64,000 bases of DNA from a virus, in the IMG/VR virus record IMGVR_UViG_3300029908_000007, positions 64,001 to 128,000 of that record; one strand, given 5' to 3'. Shown here piece after piece: positions 9,120-18,900 of this stretch. The translations under genes were made by a program, and so were the position numbers. The stretch's first letter is position 1; each line of letters begins with the position of its first letter. The notes beneath the pieces are model-generated. The model made no database searches, was not told the origin of the DNA, and worked only from the letters and a program-made list of their open reading frames with translations.

Positions 9120-10049
9120 ATGGCTAAAAATATTTGGGACGACGAACCCTTTCGTGATGGAGCGCCCACACTTCAAAACGGCGAGTGGCAGGATCAAGAA
9201 ACCTACACCCCGGCTCCTGATAATGTAATCAGGGAAGCTCGCGCTATTCAGGCCAAAACTCAGGAAGAATACGATGTTGAAGAACTTACAGATCAAGTAG
9301 CCGAAGATGGCGAGAACGAAGACGAAGATTTCACAGAAATGCTATCCGATGCCAGACTTCGCCTAGAGCAGGGTAAGCTATACGAGATGATCATCAAGCA
9401 CGATCTATTTAAGGATGTAGAAGCCGATCCCCGTGCTGTTAAAATCGTTACCAAACAAATGCAGAAAATAGCCAAAGAACTCATGGAAACCATGCTTGGT
9501 ATGCGTCAAACCGTTCAAGCCGCGCCTTCCATGATTAGTTCTCCCTTCAATAGCCTTGAAGTCGACATTCTAAAGAAACTAGCCAGTGCTGCCTCCAAAG
9601 GCGCCACAGAGACCGAAGAAGCCCAGGATGAGATGCCGGAACCCGCCGCATCTCCCAAGAGGAAGACACTTAATACCATTGGAAGCAGCCGACCTCAGCC
9701 TAAGCCCGCTCCTAGACCAATTGCTAAGAAACCCGAGCCCCTTAAGCGTCAGGCTAAGCCAAAGCTAGAATTACCACCTGAGTTTGAGCCCGATTATGTT
9801 CCCCTGGATAAGCCTATCCATAAGATGAGCGCCCAGGAACTTGCAGAACGTGACAAACAAGCCTTGGATCGCCAAAGAGGTCGTAAATCCGCGCCTCCTC
9901 CTGACAAAGCCCCTATGCCGGATTACCAAACCCAGGAAATGCTAGCAATGTCGCAGGCTTCTAGGGCAACTGGCGGAGTAGGTGGAATGACCGGCCTAAA
10001 TGGAAAGTTGTCACAGCTAATTATAGCTGGCGCAATCAAGAAAGTATAA
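9120..10049 (+). CDS. Hypothetical protein (acidic N-terminus, Pro/Lys-rich linker)
   Basis: Long ORF with RBS. Confidence 0.8.
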   Translation: MAKNIWDDEPFRDGAPTLQNGEWQDQETYTPAPDNVIREARAIQAKTQEEYDVEELTDQVAEDGENEDEDFTEMLSDARLRLEQGKLYEMIIKHDLFKDVEADPRAVKIVTKQMQKIAKELMETMLGMRQTVQAAPSMISSPFNSLEVDILKKLASAASKGATETEEAQDEMPEPAASPKRKTLNTIGSSRPQPKPAPRPIAKKPEPLKRQAKPKLELPPEFEPDYVPLDKPIHKMSAQELAERDKQALDRQRGRKSAPPPDKAPMPDYQTQEMLAMSQASRATGGVGGMTGLNGKLSQLIIAGAIKKV

Positions 10050-10065
10050 AGTATAAAGTAGAAAT

Positions 10066-10299
10066 ATGGCTAAGAAAAAATTTAAAGTCAGTCCCGATGG
10101 TGTTCCACACAAACCCACTTGTGATTGTTTTCAATGTTTTCCCGAAGAATCAGAATTAGAAACAAAAACTAATAAAGCTCTTGAACTCGCTGAAGCCAAT
10201 GCTAAGGCTATTCAAGAACTCGAAGTTAAAATTCAAAAAACTTTTTTAGAGTACAGTCACACGCTGGCAACTCTAAAAGACCGCAACCGTCTGCGATAA
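10066..10299 (+). CDS. Hypothetical protein (HxxxCxCxxC plus coiled coil)
   Basis: ORF within the operon. Confidence 0.6.
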   Translation: MAKKKFKVSPDGVPHKPTCDCFQCFPEESELETKTNKALELAEANAKAIQELEVKIQKTFLEYSHTLATLKDRNRLR

Positions 10300-10322
10300 T
10301 AACCACAAACAAGGAGAAACGA

Positions 10323-10982
10323 ATGTCTGAAGAAAATAAGAAAACCGCCACAGAACGACTGGAAGACCTGGAAGGAGCGATGTCCCAAGTAGGCCAAGCG
10401 CTTTCCTCACTGGATCCCCTAATTAGGGACCTCGGTGGAGTCAAGGAAGCTCTTAAGCTTCTCAATAATAAATTGGATGCAGTTGTCAAGGCGATCTCTG
10501 CTGGAAGTCCTTTGACCGATGAAACCCTAAACAAGCTCATGACAGCCGCAAATGCCGAAGAACTTGCTGCCAAAGTAGCAGCCATGGTTGCTCAGGGATT
10601 GCTCGTTGCTTCTGACACGGTAACCAATGATAGCTTTGTGGTTATCAACGAAGCCGATGCCGCTGGCACTGTTGTAAACCCACGTATGCAGTTCTTGGTT
10701 TCCGCACTTCAGATCGAAGAAGTTCGCACCAAGCTCGGCGGCTCCAAGGTTGGTGACAACATTCCTGTAGGAGATAAAGGTGCTTCTATCAACGTGCTGG
10801 AATCGTATACGATCGCGATTCCAAAGGCTCCAGAAGCCGCTGCTCCTGGCGAAGACGCCAATGAAGCCGGTCCCGCCGCAACTCCAGCTGCTGAAGCCGT
10901 TCCTGCTCCCGCTGCAACGGACGCCGCACCAGCTACTACCGATGCAGCTCCAGCAACCGATTCAACAGCTGCAAGCGCTTAA
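10323..10982 (+). CDS. Coiled coil plus FKBP/GreA-C-like domain, Ala/Pro/Thr tail
   Basis: AAGGAG RBS; 'DTVTNDSFVVI...KLGGSKVGDNIPV...INVLE' pattern. Confidence 0.45.
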   Translation: MSEENKKTATERLEDLEGAMSQVGQALSSLDPLIRDLGGVKEALKLLNNKLDAVVKAISAGSPLTDETLNKLMTAANAEELAAKVAAMVAQGLLVASDTVTNDSFVVINEADAAGTVVNPRMQFLVSALQIEEVRTKLGGSKVGDNIPVGDKGASINVLESYTIAIPKAPEAAAPGEDANEAGPAATPAAEAVPAPAATDAAPATTDAAPATDSTAASA

Positions 10983-10990
10983 GGAATACG

Positions 10991-12601
10991 ATGACGCGTA
11001 GAAGACATACCCTAGCTAGAGAAAAAAGAACCGAGTTGACCCCAACAGGTGTCGAAATTCTCAACGCGTATTTATCTATTATTGAAGATAGTGGTAAGTA
11101 CCCTAGCAGACCAGAAATGAACCTGCTAGGGTACAACAGGGACGCCATAAGAGATAATTTTGGATCATTGGAGTCTTTAAAGGAATACGTAGTCAAAAAC
11201 TATCCCGAAGTAGTTGAAAACATTACCGAAGAAAAAATCAAGAATAGTAACAGTGCTCAGGATCTAGCCAAGCTTATCAAAAATCACAAGAGATTTGTAG
11301 TTACTACTGCCATTAATGGCGCACCTGTTCGTGAGGGCTTTTTAAAGAACTTAAGAGTTTACTGTAAAAAGATGAAGGCGTTGCTTTTGATCTTGCCCGC
11401 TGGGAACGAAGTAACGGATATGGACGCCGATCTCGCGGACGATGCCTGGGTTTTTGATAAAACCTATCTGAATTCAAATATCTATATCAGTGCTATCAAA
11501 GTTCCTCCCAGGAGCGTCAATCCCCTCACTTCCTTGGGTAGAATTGGACAAAGAAATGGCAGTACTATAATCGCCAGCCCAAAACAGTTCATGGAACCCG
11601 TTGCAGTTGGTGATAGCAAGATGCCACACATTATGATGTCTACAGGCGCTATCACCGAGCCCCGCTATCAGAAGAAGGGCGTTTATGACAAAAACGGCCT
11701 AATCGCCCTACACGACCATGTTTTGGGCGCCGTTGTGGTAGAAATTGAAGACGATAAATTCTACCACTTTACTCAGATTCAAGCCGAAGAATCTGGGGCT
11801 TTTGTAGAACGATGTTTGTATGTCAAGAACGGCAAGATTGGCAAGCTCAACCCATCCCACATGGTTGTTGGAGACCGCCACGTAACGGAAACCGATCCAA
11901 CCGCTGCCAAAGCCTGGGATGAGATCTCCGAATTCTGTGGTTATCCGACTTTGGTAGAACACGACTTCCTTTCTGGGGTTTTCGGCAACCATCACGAAGA
12001 ACATAATCAAATCATTAGAGCGGCTTTGTCGGCCATGAATAAGTTGAACATGGAAGAAGAATTTAGAGCTTGCGGTAAGGAAATTGACAGGCTCACAGAA
12101 AAACAAGATATGATTATGGTGGCCTCAAACCATCACGATTTTGTCAACAAGTATATTACATATGGAACCTATCACAAGGATCCACAAAATCTGGATTTTG
12201 CTTCTAAGCTGATTTCTCCAATGATTCGAGGCGAAGACCCGGTTCGTTACGCCCTAGAAAAATTGATTGGACTTAAAAGACCGCATAGAGTAAAATGGCT
12301 AAAGAGAGATGAAAGCTACAATGTTGCTGGAATCGAACTAGGTGCCCACGGAGATAAGGGCGCCAATGGATCCAAGGGATCTCCAAATACCTTGGAAAAA
12401 GGGTACGGGAATTGTGTCGTCGGACACAGCCACACACCCAAGATTATAAGAGGATTCTGGCAAGTGGGAACTAGTACTTATTTAAAGCTGCCCTATACTC
12501 AGGGAACTTCGAGTTGGTGTCATACCGTCTGTTTGGTATACGATAACGGGGCTAGGCAGCAAATTTTCTCAATCGGCGGACGCTGGAGACTTAATGGGTA
12601 A
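10991..12601 (+). CDS. Large calcineurin-like metallophosphoesterase with N-terminal HTH-like region
   Basis: GDRH, HD, SNHH, HGD, GHSH motifs in the C-terminal half. Confidence 0.75.
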   Translation: MTRRRHTLAREKRTELTPTGVEILNAYLSIIEDSGKYPSRPEMNLLGYNRDAIRDNFGSLESLKEYVVKNYPEVVENITEEKIKNSNSAQDLAKLIKNHKRFVVTTAINGAPVREGFLKNLRVYCKKMKALLLILPAGNEVTDMDADLADDAWVFDKTYLNSNIYISAIKVPPRSVNPLTSLGRIGQRNGSTIIASPKQFMEPVAVGDSKMPHIMMSTGAITEPRYQKKGVYDKNGLIALHDHVLGAVVVEIEDDKFYHFTQIQAEESGAFVERCLYVKNGKIGKLNPSHMVVGDRHVTETDPTAAKAWDEISEFCGYPTLVEHDFLSGVFGNHHEEHNQIIRAALSAMNKLNMEEEFRACGKEIDRLTEKQDMIMVASNHHDFVNKYITYGTYHKDPQNLDFASKLISPMIRGEDPVRYALEKLIGLKRPHRVKWLKRDESYNVAGIELGAHGDKGANGSKGSPNTLEKGYGNCVVGHSHTPKIIRGFWQVGTSTYLKLPYTQGTSSWCHTVCLVYDNGARQQIFSIGGRWRLNG

Positions 12602-12977
12602 AACCGAAGATCTTGCAAAGCTAGGTGTTGCAGCAAAAGATATCGAACAAAGAATGACATCCATTAAAGCTAATATGGATACTATTAAAAAAGAACTCGA
12701 TTTTTTAACTACGGTAGAAGAACAGCTAGATAGCAATGTAAAGTATCTCAAAAAGGTAAAGATCGTCGCACTAGCCAGTGAATACAAAAAAGCCAGAGAA
12801 GACCTCAAAAAGACTAAGACTCGCTTGGGCCAGATCAAAGGCGACTTAGGCAATAATGAAAGAGCATATAAAGAGCTGGAAGCAATGCTCAAAAAGAACA
12901 AGGAGGTCTATGATAAACTCTCAAAAACAAGTGATAACAACGTATTACAAGGGAAGTTTGGCCGACGCAATGGTTAA
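12594..12977 (+). CDS. Coiled-coil hypothetical protein
   Basis: Continuous heptads. Confidence 0.7.
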   Translation: MGKTEDLAKLGVAAKDIEQRMTSIKANMDTIKKELDFLTTVEEQLDSNVKYLKKVKIVALASEYKKAREDLKKTKTRLGQIKGDLGNNERAYKELEAMLKKNKEVYDKLSKTSDNNVLQGKFGRRNG

Positions 12978-13179
12978 AGAATTGATGATGAAAAGAGTTA
13001 TGGAAGAACCCGACTTCGTTAAATGCTCGAAGTATGGGAATTCATTGGTTAAATATCTTTCCGGCAATAGCGGTGAGATCAAGGATAAGACCATTGCTAG
13101 ATTACTAATGATCGCCGAAGACGACGTCGAAAGAATTTATCAAGAAGCTGTTGACATTTTAAGACGCGGTGTGGTATAG
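12970..13179 (+). CDS. Stand-alone sigma-region-4.2-like HTH protein (69 aa)
   Basis: 'IKDKTIARLLMIAEDDVERIYQEAVDILR' matches the sigma 4.2 pattern (xxEIAxxLxIsxxxVxxIxxxAlxKLR). Confidence 0.55.
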   Translation: MVKELMMKRVMEEPDFVKCSKYGNSLVKYLSGNSGEIKDKTIARLLMIAEDDVERIYQEAVDILRRGVV

Positions 13180-13180
13180 T
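13151..13180 (+). promoter_or_regulatory. Promoter TTGACA-18-TATAGT with extended -10 (leaderless geometry)
   Basis: -10 ends 6 nt before the ATG at 13187. Confidence 0.7.
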
Positions 13181-13186
13181 TGGCGT

Positions 13187-13834
13187 ATGAAGATCGAGAT
13201 CTACGCAGATGGGTCGGGGCAGACTAGTAACACCGATGGCGGATACGGCTGGGTAATGGTTGTAGACGGAGTCGTTCATTCCGAGGGCTCTGGACATGTC
13301 TCAAATGCCACAAACAACGATATGGAGTTGGAAGGCGCAATACAGGGACTATCGGCTGTAGGTAGACTGGCTTGGCCTCCTCTAAAGATTCTGGGCAATT
13401 TTGAGGCTGTGGAAATTGTACCACCAGAAGTTACATTGATAAGCGACAGTCAAATCGTTCTCGGCTGGGCTTCTGGAGCCTACCAATTCAAACAGCTCAA
13501 CAAGATAGATAAATATAATCAGCTGGTAACCTTAATGTCCAGGTTAGGAGCCAAAACCCGTTGGGTCCGTGGCCATAGCGGTGATATTCATAATTCCAGG
13601 TGTGATCAGCTCGCTAGTAACGCACGTAAAGGCGTAACTACGAATTGTCTTGACAAACTTACTCCAAAGATGGATACTCGTATCGGAACCAAAAAGGCTG
13701 GAACGGCCTCGGTTTGGCACAAGGACGTGCTTTACGTTATGGACTTTGAAAACATGGTCATGGAGAAATACGATCGCGAAGCCCATGGAAAACGGGGCTC
13801 TATGATTGAGATACGCGAGGAGAAGAGTAGATGA
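13187..13834 (+). CDS. rnhA: Ribonuclease HI
   Basis: IYADGS, TNNDMEL, SDSQ, WVRGHSG, NSRCDQLA. Confidence 0.92.
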   Translation: MKIEIYADGSGQTSNTDGGYGWVMVVDGVVHSEGSGHVSNATNNDMELEGAIQGLSAVGRLAWPPLKILGNFEAVEIVPPEVTLISDSQIVLGWASGAYQFKQLNKIDKYNQLVTLMSRLGAKTRWVRGHSGDIHNSRCDQLASNARKGVTTNCLDKLTPKMDTRIGTKKAGTASVWHKDVLYVMDFENMVMEKYDREAHGKRGSMIEIREEKSR

Positions 13835-14010
13835 AACACTTGGATGAAGAAGTTAACTTTGTAAAATGTGAACACAACAATCTCAGTACCAATTGTAATG
13901 TTTGTTTTGTGCCAGTTTTTGATTCTTTTATGGAATTCGCTCGGGATATGTATAAAGAACAGAACGAAGAACCACACATCCATTCCCTTGAATTTCTGAG
14001 GAATACATGA
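13831..14010 (+). CDS. Small hypothetical protein (59 aa, not in ORF track)
   Basis: MKHLDEEVNFVKCEHNNLSTNCNVCF...; ATGA overlaps at both ends. Confidence 0.6.
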   Translation: MKHLDEEVNFVKCEHNNLSTNCNVCFVPVFDSFMEFARDMYKEQNEEPHIHSLEFLRNT

Positions 14011-14642
14011 GTAATTTTCTACTTGCTTTTGACACAGAAACCGGAGGACTATCCCCCAAAGCAGCCGACGTACTGACAGCCTACTTCGCTATCGTCGACG
14101 AAGATTTTAAGATCCTCGACGAACTAGACCTAAAGCTAAAGCCTGACAATGGTCGTTTACCCATCGCCGAGGATGGCGCGTTAAAAGTTAATAAGATCAA
14201 TATCCACGCTCATCTCGAAGATCCCGAAACTATCACATACTCCGAAGCCAAAACCAAATTAGTAGCCATGATACGAAAATACTTGAAGAAGACAGGAAGG
14301 CACTCCAATATCCGCCCCCTTGGCTACAACGTCCCCTTTGATATCGGTTTCATACAAGAATATGTCTTGTTCCCCGATGAATGGCAGTCTCTTATTAACT
14401 ACAATACCGTGGATCCCAAGGTTGTCGTTAATTTTCTGAAAGACGCGGGTTGGTTTCCTGCGGACCTAGGAACTCTCATCAGCGTAGTTAAGCATTTTAA
14501 TATTTCCATGGGTTTGGCTCATACCGCAAAAGCCGACGCGTTGGCTACTGTAGAAGTCTATAAGAAGTTATTGGAATTGATGGATTCCAAAAAAGATGGT
14601 GGCGGTGGATTGGACCTTTTGAGTCTTTTGGAGGCGGAATGA
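14007..14642 (+). CDS. DEDDh 3'-5' exonuclease (DnaQ/epsilon-like)
   Basis: FDTETGGL, GYNVPFD, HTAKADA. Confidence 0.9.
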   Translation: MSNFLLAFDTETGGLSPKAADVLTAYFAIVDEDFKILDELDLKLKPDNGRLPIAEDGALKVNKINIHAHLEDPETITYSEAKTKLVAMIRKYLKKTGRHSNIRPLGYNVPFDIGFIQEYVLFPDEWQSLINYNTVDPKVVVNFLKDAGWFPADLGTLISVVKHFNISMGLAHTAKADALATVEVYKKLLELMDSKKDGGGGLDLLSLLEAE

Positions 14643-14890
14643 GAAAGGTATTTTGTCGCCTTATTGTTGTAGATTTATGTTTGTCGTTCGCAAAATTAGA
14701 TGGTGACAAACTGTCTCTGATTAGAATACCACTAGTCGCAAATCAGATTTTGGGCGCTTTAGCGTTTTATGATGAGTTGATAGGCTTTGAAGAAATGCCT
14801 ATAGTAGAATTTGTCGAACTTTGTAAAAAACAAGCAACAGAAGAAGAAGTTAAAAAATTCGAAAAATCATTTGGGGAAATTTATTCATGA
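14639..14890 (+). CDS. Hypothetical protein
   Basis: ATGA-coupled ORF. Confidence 0.6.
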   Translation: MRKVFCRLIVVDLCLSFAKLDGDKLSLIRIPLVANQILGALAFYDELIGFEEMPIVEFVELCKKQATEEEVKKFEKSFGEIYS

Positions 14891-15156
14891 AAGCCTGGTT
14901 TGAATGGTGCCATATGTTTCCTGGCGACTATCCGGTTAAATTCGGAATTGACTGGTATGTTCACGCCAAACCCGTAAAAATGTTTAAACCATGGCGGGGG
15001 CTTACGATTACTTTTTATTTATTCAAACGCTTGGTTAATCTAAACATAGTCATGGACTACGAAGCCTACCAGGCTAGGATGAACTATAGACACGATCCCA
15101 ACGCTGCAATTAAAAGATTACGAGAAAGAAAAGCTGCTAGGGAGAATAAGCAATGA
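14887..15156 (+). CDS. Hypothetical protein
   Basis: ATGA-coupled ORF. Confidence 0.6.
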   Translation: MKAWFEWCHMFPGDYPVKFGIDWYVHAKPVKMFKPWRGLTITFYLFKRLVNLNIVMDYEAYQARMNYRHDPNAAIKRLRERKAARENKQ

Positions 15157-15917
15157 TGAAAAAGGGAACTATTTGTAAGAAGTACACTCAAGAGGAAAAG
15201 AATTTTATAATAGAAAATTATAAAACCATGACGAGTCTCGACATATCCAAGATTATCGATAGAACCAAAGCTTCAGTTATCGTAATGGCTGGCAAATTGG
15301 GACTTGGAGAATCATCCAAAGATCTTATATCAGGTCAAAAATTTAACAGACTTACGATTATAAAAAAAACAGATAAAAGAACAAAATGTAGAGCAATTAT
15401 ATATGAATGCTTATGCATTTGTGGAAATATAACCTATGTACCAAGAAATACTATAACAAGTGGTCATACAAAAAGTTGTGGATGTTTACAAATCGAAAAA
15501 ATTTCAGAATCTCTGCTTTTGTCTCCCGGAAAAGCTACAATAAATCAGCTATATTATTGCTGCAAAGGCGACGCTCAAAAAAGAGGTATCGATTTTTTGT
15601 TAACTATGGAACAACATGCAGAAATAGTTTCTCATGATTGCAATTATTGTGGAGAACCTCCTCGTAAAGCAAACTATCTTATCAAAAAAGACGGCAATCT
15701 AAAAAAAGTAAAACATATCGCAACAAAATCTTGCATTGACAATTCTTGGGCAGTCGCCAACACGGTTGACAGGATAGATAGCAATAAGGCATACACATTA
15801 GACAATTGCGTAGCGGCTTGCTGGCCCTGCAATCAAATGAAAATGATATCTTCTGTGAATGATTTTATATCTCAAACCTATAAAATTGTAGCTTTCCAAG
15901 AAAGTAAGAAAAAATGA
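15153..15917 (+). CDS. HNH-type homing endonuclease (putative)
   Basis: GQKFNRLT, CLCICG, KSCGC, CNYCG, DRIDSNKAYTLDNCVAACWPCNQMK; AT-rich. Confidence 0.8.
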   Translation: MMKKGTICKKYTQEEKNFIIENYKTMTSLDISKIIDRTKASVIVMAGKLGLGESSKDLISGQKFNRLTIIKKTDKRTKCRAIIYECLCICGNITYVPRNTITSGHTKSCGCLQIEKISESLLLSPGKATINQLYYCCKGDAQKRGIDFLLTMEQHAEIVSHDCNYCGEPPRKANYLIKKDGNLKKVKHIATKSCIDNSWAVANTVDRIDSNKAYTLDNCVAACWPCNQMKMISSVNDFISQTYKIVAFQESKKK

Positions 15918-18900
15918 CTTTCGTATCCACTCATACACACACAGAGTCCTTCCTAACAGCCTCTAAGCTATCTTCGTTCATTTCTAGAGCAAAAGATTTG
16001 GGCCGTACTCATTTCGTACAAATAGATCAGGGTAATCTATCGAACGCTCTCAAAGCTCACGGACAGGCTAAAAAAGCTGGGCTCAAATCAATTCTAGGAA
16101 TTGAAGTGTTTTTTAAAGACTCTTCGTGCCCAGTAATTAGTGGAACAAAAACGGATAGATGTAGGTATTTTAATCTGTCTATATATGCGCTGGATCAGTC
16201 AGCGTATCAGGAAATAGTGCGATTGGTATCAAAATTTGACAGACCCGTTATCGACATTAGAGAAGAATCCCAATCTCTTTGGCAATGGTCGGATTTGGAA
16301 CACATCAGTAAATTTAACGTAAACGTAGTTCTATCCGGAGTTCATTGTATTGTCGGCAAACCAGCATTAGATAATAGACCAGATTTGGCCGAAGGCGTAT
16401 TTTTAAAGCTCAATACGCTATTTAAGAATAGGCTGTACGCGGCAATGCTTTGCACGGAATGGTCCAAGAAATACGCCCAAATAGTTCAAATAACGTATAG
16501 AGATGGAACCACGGATTGCTTAATGGACACCGATTCTGTAGCCACAGATCGAGCCCGCCGCATTAAGGCTATAGAGTTAGTGGATAACAATCGGCACGCT
16601 GTGATCAAAAACAAGATCTCTGGCGGAATCTATTCAGAAGTAGAAAAAGAAATAGAAAAAGTGATACTAAAAAAGGGATTTCTTCCTCTTCCTGTAGACG
16701 CAGCTTTAGTCGTAAACAGAACGCTTAAGAGTCTTGCCGAGAAATATGGAATCCCTGTTCTCGCTACGGATCACGCATTTTATGCCGAAGCCTCAGACCG
16801 TATCGTTCAAGATCTAATTCTAGAGGGTAAGACTAGGATTAAGTCTAGTTTGCACATGAGATCCCAAGAAGAGGTTCTGGACTACCTAACAAAAATAATG
16901 GAGTTATCTCCATCAGATGCCAATAAAATTATAAACAATAGCGCCCAATGGGCATCACTATTTGATACATTTGATCTCAAGTATGATTGGCACTTAGCCT
17001 CTACTAACGGACAAGACCCTCTCAAGATGTGTATGGCCGCGATCCAGAAAAATGGGCGTATGAAATGGGACGATAAGGCGTATACAGAAAGGCTAAAAGA
17101 AGAATGGGCGGTCCTTGTTAAGAATGGCAAAAAGAATATGCTCCCCTATTTTTTTCCAATCGAAGATATCGTAGAATTTTATAAAAACAGTGGATATTTA
17201 ACCGGACCTGGTCGCGGATCTGCTGCAGGTTCCTTATTGGCGTACCTGCTATGTATTACGCACGTTAACCCTCTTAAGCACGGACTCTCGTTTTCCAGAT
17301 TTTATTCTATGACTCGTATTGAAAACAATCAGGTCGCGGACATAGATTTGGACCTTGGAGATCGCGTACCATTAGTTGGGGAAGACGGGAAGTCTGGGTA
17401 CCTATACTCGCGCTGGGGGAACTGCGCTGCTCAGATTGGGACCAAAGCTATGATTCGTCTCAAGAGCGCGATAAAAGATGTTAATCGCTATCTGAACGGT
17501 TCGGTTGAACGATCTATCTTAACTCTAACCGAAGGATTACCAGCCGCTCCTCAAGGAGTATCGGACCACAATTTTATTTGGGGATACGAAGACGATGATG
17601 GCAACCATGTTCCGGGCTTGATAGAACAATCAAAAGAACTCCGAGCATATATGAAAGAAAAGCCAAGGGAGTGGGAAATTGTCAGCAAGACAGTCGGCGT
17701 TACCAGGAGCTGGTCAAAACACGCCAGCGGATTTTGTATTTCAGATATTCCCATTAGAGATATGGTACCACTAAGAGATGGGGTTATTACTCAATATGAG
17801 GCAAAGCAGGTGGAGGAAAGTGGGGCGTTGAAATATGACTTCCTTGTAGTTCACAACATTAAAGATATTCAAGTCTGTTTAGAACTTATTAATAAAAAGA
17901 ATAATGAAAAACATGAAACCGGATACTTTACCCATAATGGAGTCAAGACATTTGTTTGGGATCTTACGGAAGATTTGGAAGCGTTTAAATCCGTTTGGAG
18001 CGGTGACACTAACACAATTTTTCAGCTCAACACAAAATCTATGACACCTTTTGTAAAAGATATTTTACCTCAATCTATTGAAGATCTTTCTACAATACTT
18101 AGCTTGGTCCGACCTGGCCCACTCGATTTCGTTTCCGAAGATACCGGCAGAAACATGGCCGAAGAATTTGTTCACCGCAAAAACTGCGGTTCCTATAATG
18201 ATATTGAAATCTTAAATAAACTAATTCCTGAAACATATTCAGTCCTTGTCTACCAAGAACAGGTAACGAAGATCGCAAAAGAGCTTGCCGGATTTTCTGG
18301 GACAGAAGCTGAGATCTTAAGAGAAAATATCGGTAAAAAGAAAGCCGTAGAACTTGCTAAACAAAAACCTAAGTTTGTCGAAGGCGCTTCCAAGCATATT
18401 TCCAAAGAAGAGGCCGAACTTTTATGGGATCGAATCGAAACATTTGGCCGCTACTCCTTCAATAAAAGTCACGGAATTTCCTACAGTTATATCACTTATG
18501 CGTGCATGTTTTTGCGCCACAATTACCGTCTTGAGTGGTACGCGGCGATTTTAAGCAATGCTAGCGAGCAAGAAATTACAGGCAAGTTATGGCCTACGGT
18601 AAAAAACCTAATCGCTCCTCCGGACATCAATCTCTCAAATGAAATGATGGCCGTAGATTACGCGAATAAAAATATCCGATCTAAGCTTGGCATTATCCGT
18701 GGCATGGGCGACATTACCCTAGAGCCAATCATCGCGAACAGACCATACCGTGATATTCAAGACTTCGTCGACAAAGACGTCGCAGGACCCAGCTTAGCCC
18801 ACAAACTCATCCACGTCGGCATTATGGACTCCTTATTCGAACCCGGAATGTCCTTGGTTGAAAAACTCAAAGCCTACGAAGACGCCGCTGAAATTAAGAA

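Noticed and set aside
10041-10060. Short AAAGTAT tandem repeat at a gene end
   Set aside because: Too short and low-complexity to interpret.
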